Of a DNA stretch of 32,000 nt, positions 1 through 7,228 are shown in pieces. The notes under the pieces were generated by a model, which saw only the letters and a program-made list of their open reading frames with translations, was not told the DNA's origin and ran no database searches. Source of the stretch: Psychrobacter cryohalolentis K5 (GTDB lineage Bacteria > Pseudomonadota > Gammaproteobacteria > Pseudomonadales > Moraxellaceae); the NCBI RefSeq assembly GCF_000013905.1, contig NC_007969.1:1590001-1622000 (forward strand), written 5' to 3'. The translations under genes and the position numbers were made by a program. The stretch's first letter is position 1. Each line of letters begins with the position of its first letter.

Positions 1-49
1 AAGTTTTAGAATGAGTCTTACTTCATTAGAAATTGACGAGTTAAGGCGA

Positions 50-1552
50 TCAATAGGCGACAAATAAATCCATAAATTCGTTTACTGGTGTTTGCTCTAA
101 CCGCTGTTGGTCGCTACACAATGCAAAAATCTCTGTACAGCGACTGTCGATAAACCGCGTGGCAAGACTGGCACGGAACTTTGCCTCCAATATCGGCAAA
201 CCCTCAGTACGGCGGCGTTTATGACCGATAGGGTATTCAATCGCTACCTTATCGGTACTACTGCCATCTTTAAAGAATACCTGTATCGCATTGGCAATCG
301 AGCGCTTGCTTGGATCATGATAGTCTTTTGAATAACCGGCATCTTCTTCAACGACCATCTTATGACGCAGACCATCAATCAAAATATGATGCTCGGCATG
401 ATAATCATCTTCATAGTTTTCAGCCATCAAATCACCGGTGAGTAAAGCCACTGCGACCATATATTGCAAACAATGATCGCGATCTGCAGGATTGGCCAGC
501 GTCCCTTCCTTTGAGATGATCCGAATAGCAGACTCATGAGTCGTTAGGATGATTTTTTCAATGTCTTCCATGCGGTCATCAATACGTGGATGCAAGATAA
601 CGGCCGCCTCACAAGCCGTTTGCGCATGGAACTCGGCAGGGAAGCTTATCTTAAATAAGATATTCTCCATCACATAGCTGCCAAACTCGCGCTGGAAGGT
701 AAAGCACCGCTCGTTTTCAGGCTTAAGCGCCAAATCCTTATTAGTATGGCTAAACAGCACATCATAAAAGCCCCATTGCGGCGCTGTCAATGCAGATGGA
801 ATGCCCATCTCGCCGCGGCGCGTGATATCGACCAAACGTACGGCTCGACTGGTCGCATCCCCTGCAGCCCATGATTTGCGACTACCAGCATTGGGTGCAT
901 GACGATAGGTACGTAGCGCTTGACCATCGACGATAGCTTGAGAGATGGCAGCCATGATACGCTCATGTGGCAGTTTATAAAGTTTGGCAACGACAGCGGT
1001 CGATGCCAACTTCACTAAAAATACATGATCAAGACCCACACGATTAAAGGAGTTGTCTAATGCCAACACCCCTTGAATCTCATGTGCCATAATCATAGCT
1101 TCTAGTACGTCTTTCATAATAAGAGGTGCATGCCCCTGACTGACGTTTTGCTGGCTGATATAATCCGCCACTGCCAAAATCGCCCCTAAATTGTCAGAGG
1201 GGTGACCCCATTCGGCAGCGAGCCATGTATCATTGTAATCAAGCCAGCGCACGATACAGCCAATGTCAAAGGCAGCTTTAATAGGGTCTAGTCGATAGGA
1301 GGTGCCGGGGACACGCGCGCCATTAGGAGTAATTTGATCGGCGCAATCAGGACCTAAATGCTTGGTACATTCAGGGAAACGTAATGCCAGTAGTCCGCAG
1401 CCAAGCGTATCCATCAGGCAGTAGCGAGCAGTATTCCAAGCATCAGCGCTATTGGGTGAGTCGTTATCTATAGAGTAATTGAGTACATAATCGGCGATTT
1501 TTTCAATCTCGCTATCATACTCCGGTCGTACATTGCTTTCCACAGTAGACAT
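50..1552 (-). CDS. prpD: 2-methylcitrate dehydratase (MmgE/PrpD family)
   Basis: 500 aa. The N-terminus (NVRPEYDSEI..IADYVLNY, CLMDTLGCG, RVPGT, DPIKAAFDIGCIVRWLDYNDTWLAAEWGHPSDNLG) is near-colinear with E. coli PrpD as I remember it. GGAAGAGG Shine-Dalgarno lies upstream of the ATG at 1552. Sits in a prp locus. Confidence 0.9.
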   Translation of the reverse strand: MSTVESNVRPEYDSEIEKIADYVLNYSIDNDSPNSADAWNTARYCLMDTLGCGLLALRFPECTKHLGPDCADQITPNGARVPGTSYRLDPIKAAFDIGCIVRWLDYNDTWLAAEWGHPSDNLGAILAVADYISQQNVSQGHAPLIMKDVLEAMIMAHEIQGVLALDNSFNRVGLDHVFLVKLASTAVVAKLYKLPHERIMAAISQAIVDGQALRTYRHAPNAGSRKSWAAGDATSRAVRLVDITRRGEMGIPSALTAPQWGFYDVLFSHTNKDLALKPENERCFTFQREFGSYVMENILFKISFPAEFHAQTACEAAVILHPRIDDRMEDIEKIILTTHESAIRIISKEGTLANPADRDHCLQYMVAVALLTGDLMAENYEDDYHAEHHILIDGLRHKMVVEEDAGYSKDYHDPSKRSIANAIQVFFKDGSSTDKVAIEYPIGHKRRRTEGLPILEAKFRASLATRFIDSRCTEIFALCSDQQRLEQTPVNEFMDLFVAY

Positions 1553-1693
1553 AATCGTTACCTCTTCCTTGAGTCAGATATATAAGTGACTTATCAATCC
1601 TATTACGAATCAATAAACCTGCTATCAAAAATAGCATACTCACAATCTAACCACAGTGAAGTAGTGTAAGACCTGCCTTGATTGGAAAAATCT

Positions 1694-2290
1694 TTAGACC
1701 ATCAAATACAGTAAACCAATAATAAATAACACTGCTAATATCAATAGCAAAAAGCTAAGAATACTGCTTGTCGTACCTGAGCTTTCTCTTTTTACTTTGA
1801 CCTTTTTAATAATAGGTAGCACCATGATGACATGCTCAATACCGTCTTCAAGATAATGCTCGCCTTCAGGGATAAACCCAAGAGATTGGTAAAAGTTTAA
1901 TAGATAAGTCTGGGCTGAGATGATGATAGGTTTTTTACCGTATTTTTTACGGCAATATTTGATAGCTTCTAGCATCATTTGACGGGCGACACCATCACCG
2001 CGATGTGCTGCTAAAACCAGCACTCTACCAATCGATGGGATAGGACCTGATGGGGTTACGGCAGATTTTTTGGTATTAAAAACAGGCGGAATAATGCGGC
2101 AATAGCCAATCAGCTGCTCGTTTTGGTGCGCGACCAGATGTAAGCAATCAAAATCGACCTCATCCATGTCTTGATAAGGGCAATTTTGCTCAACCACAAA
2201 CACTTGCGAGCGCGCTTTTAAAATATGATACAGATCAACGGAGGTTAATTCATCAAAGGTTTTTATCGAAATTTCACAAGTCATAATCAC
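1694..2290 (-). CDS. ElaA-like GNAT N-acetyltransferase with a C-terminal transmembrane tail
   Basis: 198 aa. It has an ElaA-type N-terminus (F.ELT..DLY.ILK.R..VFVVEQNCPY.D.D) and a GNAT acetyl-CoA loop (RVLVLAAHRGDGVARQMM). A basic patch (KKVKVKR) precedes a hydrophobic C-terminal helix (ILSFLLLILAVLFIIGLLYLMV). Confidence 0.75.
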   Translation of the reverse strand: MIMTCEISIKTFDELTSVDLYHILKARSQVFVVEQNCPYQDMDEVDFDCLHLVAHQNEQLIGYCRIIPPVFNTKKSAVTPSGPIPSIGRVLVLAAHRGDGVARQMMLEAIKYCRKKYGKKPIIISAQTYLLNFYQSLGFIPEGEHYLEDGIEHVIMVLPIIKKVKVKRESSGTTSSILSFLLLILAVLFIIGLLYLMV

Positions 2291-2367
2291 ATAGCTTCTA
2301 ACGATTTAAAGGATAATCAAAAATAGGATGCAGCAAAGAGTGAGCATTATAACGATTTCATACCGCA

Positions 2368-4221
2368 TTAACTATTCAAGGTTTGACTGATTTTATCTAA
2401 GTTCAGGCTATCTGACATGGCACTGAATATTTCAAAATACTTGCCGCCTTTATGGTAAAGCTCTTCATGAGTGCCGGTCTCGACCACGCGCCCGTCTTCT
2501 ATCACTACTAAGTCATCGGCATCAATGATTTGGGCAATATTGTGCGACACCATAATCACAGTACGGTCTTTCTTAATAAGATCTAAGCTTTTTTTGACCT
2601 GTTGACTGGCAATAGCGTCTAGGCTGGCCGTTGGTTCATCCAAAAACACAATAGGCGGATCCTTTAAGAACATCCTTGCTAGCGCAATACGTTGCTGCTG
2701 TCCACCTGATAGGGATTTTGCGGTACTCTCATAGCCTTTGGATAACGACATGATTTGCTCATGAATAGAGGCTTTTTTTGCTGCAATCACAATATCATCG
2801 TCACTAGCATTCATATCACCATAACGGATATTGTCGCCAATCGTACCTGAGAAAATATGATTGCTTTGTAGTACCAACCCGATATTTTGGCGAAGTTCAT
2901 GAGTATCGCAGTCAGCTAAGTCATACCCATCGAGACAGATACTGCCAGCATCAGGTGCATAAAACTTTACCAATAGGCTAATAATCGTACTCTTTCCTGC
3001 ACCGGAGAGGCCCACCAGTGCAGTAATACGATTGGGTTTGATGGTAAAGCTGACATCTTTTAGCGCTTGTGTGCCATTGGGATAAGTAAAATAAACGTTT
3101 TTAAGTTCGATGAGACCTTTTAAATCTTTACTGCTTCTGCCAGTGATGTTCTCAACTTGGCTTTCATCTTCTAAAATCTCAAAAAATCCTTCGGCATAGG
3201 TCAGCGCATTGTTGATTTGATCATAAATACGATGTAACTGTCGGATAGGAGCGGCGACGTTTTGGAATAGCATGACATGGAATAAAATCATCCCGATGGT
3301 CATTTGACCCTTTAATACAAAATAGGCGGTCAGTAAAATAATCACCACTACGCCGATTTGCTCAATAAAGGTCTTTACTGCATCATAAATAAAACCAATG
3401 CTACGAATACGCAGCTGATTGTCGGTCATCTCTTTTTGAATCTGTAAATGCTTCTCCGCCTCGATAGACTCGCGGACAAACGATTTTACGACACTGATAG
3501 AATTAATCAGCGAGATAACCATCCCGCTTTTGGCTTCTCTAAAGCCGCGCATCTGCCGGCGAAAACCTTGTAACCGCCGCGCTTGTCTTTGACTAATAAA
3601 AAAGTAAATCGGGATGATAATCAGACCAACCAAGCCTATCCAAAAATTGGTCGAAAACATAATAATCAGTGAAACGATGGCACTGGCAAACAGAGGTAGC
3701 ATATCGATAAAGAAGTTTTGCACCAAGCTTGTAAGACTACTAACGCCATAATCAATACGGGTTTGTAATTTACCGCTGTCGTTTTCGCTACTGGTATAAA
3801 ATGCCATACGATAGGTTAAGATGCGATCAATGATTTTTTGCGACAAATCACGTGAGAGATTGATACGAATTTTTTCACCAAAGAAGCGCTGTCCAAAAGA
3901 GATGAATATCGACAATATCTCTTTGGTTAAGAGTACCGCACTGATAATGGTCAGCATGCGCACGCCAGCTTCCCATGGATCGGCAAGGGTAGCGATTTCG
4001 GTCAAGGTATCAACGGCATAGCGCAACACAAAGGCATTAACTTGCGCGGTAAAGGAGCCAAGCACTGTTAATATCAAAGTGGCAATAATCAGTAAACGGT
4101 AAGGTTTTGCAAATACAGCAAGCTTTTTTAGGATATCCCACAACAGCGCCCGCCGTTCTTTTTTCTCGACCGGCGGTTTCTTGTCTAACTGTACGCGGCG
4201 TGGTTGGGGAGACGTTGGCAT
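2368..4221 (-). CDS. ABC transporter, fused permease/ATP-binding protein (type I exporter half-transporter)
   Basis: 617 aa. The N-terminal half has about six hydrophobic helices. Walker A is GLSGAGKST, the ABC signature is LSGGQQQR, Walker B is IVFLDEPT, and the H-loop is SHN. The ATG at 4221 lies only 32 nt after the stop of the upstream ORF and has no obvious SD. Confidence 0.9.
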   Translation of the reverse strand: MPTSPQPRRVQLDKKPPVEKKERRALLWDILKKLAVFAKPYRLLIIATLILTVLGSFTAQVNAFVLRYAVDTLTEIATLADPWEAGVRMLTIISAVLLTKEILSIFISFGQRFFGEKIRINLSRDLSQKIIDRILTYRMAFYTSSENDSGKLQTRIDYGVSSLTSLVQNFFIDMLPLFASAIVSLIIMFSTNFWIGLVGLIIIPIYFFISQRQARRLQGFRRQMRGFREAKSGMVISLINSISVVKSFVRESIEAEKHLQIQKEMTDNQLRIRSIGFIYDAVKTFIEQIGVVVIILLTAYFVLKGQMTIGMILFHVMLFQNVAAPIRQLHRIYDQINNALTYAEGFFEILEDESQVENITGRSSKDLKGLIELKNVYFTYPNGTQALKDVSFTIKPNRITALVGLSGAGKSTIISLLVKFYAPDAGSICLDGYDLADCDTHELRQNIGLVLQSNHIFSGTIGDNIRYGDMNASDDDIVIAAKKASIHEQIMSLSKGYESTAKSLSGGQQQRIALARMFLKDPPIVFLDEPTASLDAIASQQVKKSLDLIKKDRTVIMVSHNIAQIIDADDLVVIEDGRVVETGTHEELYHKGGKYFEIFSAMSDSLNLDKISQTLNS

Positions 4222-4253
4222 ATGTCAGTTTTATAATTTTATTTCAAATTTTT

Positions 4254-5018
4254 CTAAATTTCAGGATAATCGTCCAAAGGACTTGGACAAAGGGTTACGG
4301 TATCGTCTTCGAAGTGTATTGCTATCTTCCTTGCTATTAGCCTCATGCGATGGAAACAAATAATTGCTTCAATTAAAGTTACATCATCTGGATGAGCTTC
4401 ATGAGTCAGTGTATTCCTTCTATTTGAAATATCCTCATATGCTTTTACCCATTCTTCGGGTATAGGTTCTACACCAAGTTTATTCCAATTATTCACTCTG
4501 TTTCTTACGCCCATTCTCTCATGCTTATTTTGCTCACGTTCAAGAATTCCCGCAAGTAGCTTGTCTGAACCCCTATTAAGAATGTCTTTTAAAGAAACTT
4601 TCTCATCTAAAAAATTTTCCTTATTTTTATCTAATAATTTTTTATACAAGTCGAATTCATATGCTTCAAGAAGGCAGAAGTTGTATAGAATTATTTGAGT
4701 ACCTACTATATGTTCAATAGGTGTAAATTCTATCTCATGACCAAATTTTACACCGCCATGTTCTGAAATATCAGAGGATTCAGGTTCTCTAAAGATCAAA
4801 GAAATAGTTACACTTAATTCATTTGATAAATCATGTACTAACGGTAATAGTTTTTCATCTAAGTCTGGTCTATTAGCTGCAGTAGACAAACAAGGAGAGG
4901 TAGACCATGCTTCTTTATCCCAATTCATCATTTTTTTTGCTGAAATTGCTAAATCTGATGTTCTTACTGCCGAAAGTGTAAACAAATTCATCCGTTCAAT
5001 GACTTCATTAAATAACAT
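4254..5018 (-). CDS. Hypothetical protein with a C-terminal HEPN-type RNxxxH motif (candidate RNase, toxin or abortive-infection effector)
   Basis: 254-aa ORF with no competing ORF. R-R-N-T-L-T-H is encoded at 4401-4421, in a predicted helical C-terminal third. The gene is markedly AT-rich: hand counts on five 60-nt lines give 25-37% G+C, against 38-48% in sampled lines of the neighbouring genes. I recognise no family for the N-terminal 190 aa. Confidence 0.6.
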   Translation of the reverse strand: MLFNEVIERMNLFTLSAVRTSDLAISAKKMMNWDKEAWSTSPCLSTAANRPDLDEKLLPLVHDLSNELSVTISLIFREPESSDISEHGGVKFGHEIEFTPIEHIVGTQIILYNFCLLEAYEFDLYKKLLDKNKENFLDEKVSLKDILNRGSDKLLAGILEREQNKHERMGVRNRVNNWNKLGVEPIPEEWVKAYEDISNRRNTLTHEAHPDDVTLIEAIICFHRMRLIARKIAIHFEDDTVTLCPSPLDDYPEI

Positions 5019-5063
5019 ATGAGTTTAGCCTTTATTTTATTAATCTAGCTATTTGGGCTTCAA

Positions 5064-5072
5064 ATTATATCA
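5064..5072 (-). promoter_or_regulatory. Candidate extended -10 promoter (TGATATAAT) for the HEPN-motif ORF
   Basis: The minus strand reads TGaTATAAT, a perfect -10 with the TG extension. It lies about 46 nt upstream of the ATG at 5018 and directly after the prpF stop. No good -35 is present, and extended -10 promoters do not need one. Confidence 0.35.
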
Positions 5073-5091
5073 GAGAAAAATATCATCAAAA

Positions 5092-6333
5092 TTAAAACGC
5101 ATCTGCTGGCACAAACACTTCACCTATCATGATACGACGTGCTGAGCGACTCATCGAGACTTTTTTGGCTTGCCAGCGTCCATCGATCAGTTCGGTTTTT
5201 CCGCCGACGAGCAAGGTGCCAGAGGGATGACCAAAACGAACTTCACCTAACTCGCTACCGCCTGCTGCTTCATTAACCAATGTCCCTTGCGTCGTCGCTG
5301 CCGCAGCAATAGCAACCGCGGCCGTACCCATCATCGCATGATGCAATTGACCCATACTCATCGCCCGTACGACCAAATCAATATCATTGGCATCAACGGC
5401 TTTGCCACTTGAGGCGCTGTAACTTTGCGCAGGAGCTACCCATGCGATTTTTGGAATGTGCTGGCTGGTCTGTGCTTCAGAAACGTCTTTAAATAATCCC
5501 ATCGCCACACCGCCTGTGGCACGGATTTTCTCAAGCTTGGCAAGTAGCTCACCATCGCTATTGATGTCGCCTTGCAGCTCAGTACCGGTAAAGCCTAAAT
5601 CTTCTGCTTTCATAAAAATAGTTGGAATACCGGCACTGATAAAGGTTGCTTTGACACTATCAATATTTAGACCACAGCCTGAGACATCGAAGTCATCGAT
5701 TAGATTGTTTGTCGGGAACATGTCACTAGATGAATCAACTGGATCGATGAACTCAATTTTGACTTCAGCGGCTGGGAAGGTCACACCGTCTAATTCAAAG
5801 TCACCGGTTTCTTGCACTTGTACCTTGCCTTGCTCATCTTGATACACAGGCACGTGAGCGATAATGGTTTTACTGATATTCTCTTGCCAAATATGCACTT
5901 CACAGATGCCAGTATTCGCACTATTGGCGATCTTATCAGCATCGATCAGACCCATATTAATCGCACAAGCGCCAACTGAAGCGGTTAAGTTGCCACAGTT
6001 ACCCGCCCAATCAATCATAGGCTTGGCAATATTGACCTGTCCAAACAAATAGTTGACATCGTGGTCTGCTTTATCAGATTCAGACAATATTACTGTCTTA
6101 GAGGTGCTAGAGCTGCCATTGCCTAAACCGTCGATTTGCTTACCATAAGGATCTGGGCTACCGATGACACGTAGCAAAAATTGATCACGTGATTCACCAG
6201 CGACTTGGCAGCGCTCAGGTAAATCAGATAATTTAAAAAACGTGCCTTTGGAGGTACCGCCGCGCATATAGGTAGCAGGAACGGATAGTTGGGGGGCGAA
6301 AGAGGGTTTTGATTTAGAATTGGTTTGGGCCAC
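5092..6333 (-). CDS. prpF: 2-methylaconitate cis-trans isomerase PrpF
   Basis: 413 aa. Carries the PrpF hallmark VPATYMRGGTSKGTFF near the N-terminus. Partnered with an acnD-type aconitase in a prp locus. GTG start with AAAGGA upstream. Confidence 0.9.
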   Translation of the reverse strand: MAQTNSKSKPSFAPQLSVPATYMRGGTSKGTFFKLSDLPERCQVAGESRDQFLLRVIGSPDPYGKQIDGLGNGSSSTSKTVILSESDKADHDVNYLFGQVNIAKPMIDWAGNCGNLTASVGACAINMGLIDADKIANSANTGICEVHIWQENISKTIIAHVPVYQDEQGKVQVQETGDFELDGVTFPAAEVKIEFIDPVDSSSDMFPTNNLIDDFDVSGCGLNIDSVKATFISAGIPTIFMKAEDLGFTGTELQGDINSDGELLAKLEKIRATGGVAMGLFKDVSEAQTSQHIPKIAWVAPAQSYSASSGKAVDANDIDLVVRAMSMGQLHHAMMGTAAVAIAAAATTQGTLVNEAAGGSELGEVRFGHPSGTLLVGGKTELIDGRWQAKKVSMSRSARRIMIGEVFVPADAF

Positions 6334-6413
6334 TGTATTAAGTCCTTTTTCTATTGTTATAAGATTGGGTATGGTGCCATCAGCAAGTAAACACGAACGA
6401 CTAAGAGCGCTCG

Positions 6414-6674
6414 TTAATAATGATAGCGAGAAGAGATAATCGTCAGATAGTTATCATCGACGGCATATACCAACCGATTGGCATCATCGATGCGTCTTGA
6501 CCAAAATCCGGATAGATTTTCTTTTAGGGGTTCAGGTTTACCAATGCCTTCAAACGGATTACGCTTACATTCGGTGATGAGTTTGTTAACACGTTTGAGT
6601 GTTTTTTTGTCTTGTGTTTGCCAGTACAGATAGTCTTTCCACGCAGCATCTGTCCATGCTAGTTGCTCACTCAT
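6414..6674 (-). CDS. yoeB: Type II toxin YoeB/Txe (ribosome-dependent mRNA interferase)
   Basis: From the ATG at 6674 (MSEQLAWTDAAWKDYLYWQTQDKK...PFEGIGKPEPLKENLSGFWSRRID..RLVYAV...RYHY) it is colinear with E. coli YoeB, including the C-terminal RYHY. The track start at 6713 is a TTG overlapping the antitoxin stop. I prefer the internal ATG. Confidence 0.9.
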   Translation of the reverse strand: MSEQLAWTDAAWKDYLYWQTQDKKTLKRVNKLITECKRNPFEGIGKPEPLKENLSGFWSRRIDDANRLVYAVDDNYLTIISSRYHY

Positions 6675-6709
6675 TATTAGACCCTTTGCATTGATTAAAG
6701 CCTTTGAGT

Positions 6710-7036
6710 TCAAGCATTCTCAACGTCGCCATTCGTATGCTCATTGTCATCGCTGCTACCATCACTTTTATCACTGCCTTCTGCGGTATCAATTAGCTCA
6801 CGCGTAACAGTCTTGCCAGCTTTATATTGGGCAATAGATTCCGCTAAGTGCGCCGCATTGGCAGGAGATCTTAATAGATAGACGGTTTCCATCAGGCTAT
6901 TGTAATAATCAAGCGACATGACAACCGCATCATCAGCGTCACGACGGGTCACGATAGTGGCGTTGGCATCATCGTTTACCGTATCTAGGACGGACTTTAA
7001 GTGCTTTCTGGCTTCTGAAAAACTAATGACTCTCAC
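6710..7036 (-). CDS. yefM: Type II antitoxin YefM/Phd family with an acidic C-terminal extension
   Basis: VRVISFSEARKHL...VVMSLDYYNSLMETVYLLRSPANAAHL is colinear with E. coli YefM (MRTISYSEAR...). I place the start at GTG 7036 because GGAG (7043-7046) lies 6 nt upstream. The alternative ATG at 7048 has no SD and lies 5 nt from the operator. The C-terminus carries about 25 extra acidic residues. Confidence 0.85.
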   Translation of the reverse strand: MRVISFSEARKHLKSVLDTVNDDANATIVTRRDADDAVVMSLDYYNSLMETVYLLRSPANAAHLAESIAQYKAGKTVTRELIDTAEGSDKSDGSSDDNEHTNGDVENA

Positions 7037-7052
7037 GACATACTCCATAACT

Positions 7053-7098
7053 TGTACAATATATAGTACATATTACGCCATTAATTAAGTAAACTCAA
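7053..7098 (-). promoter_or_regulatory. yefM-yoeB promoter (-35 TTGAGT, 17 nt spacer, -10 TAATAT) with a paired TGTACA/AGTACA operator
   Basis: On the minus strand, the -35 is at 7093-7098 and the -10 at 7070-7075. GTAC cores sit at 7054-7057 and 7066-7069, 12 bp centre to centre, overlapping the -10 and predicted start site. This matches the remembered E. coli yefM-yoeB operator built from TGTACA core palindromes. Confidence 0.55.
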
Positions 7099-7155
7099 TA
7101 TTTAGCTACTATCTAATACTTAGGTATAAGTAAGAAGGCTCAGTGTGTAGAATGC

Positions 7156-7202
7156 AAAAGCAAATAAAAGCCGATGTCATATAAGGTTATACAACATCGG
7201 CT
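7156..7202 (-). terminator. Rho-independent terminator downstream of acnD
   Basis: A 9-bp stem, AGCCGATGT (7169-7177) with ACATCGGCT (7194-7202), begins 27 nt after the acnD stop. On the minus strand TTTATTTGCTTTT follows it. Confidence 0.55.
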
Positions 7203-7228
7203 CTTTGATTATTTCACACTCATGACAC

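Noticed and set aside
6675-6713. Longer YoeB form starting at TTG 6713, overlapping the yefM stop
   Set aside because: Colinearity with E. coli YoeB begins at the ATG at 6674. The extra 13 residues have no counterpart. The overlap start remains possible but less likely.
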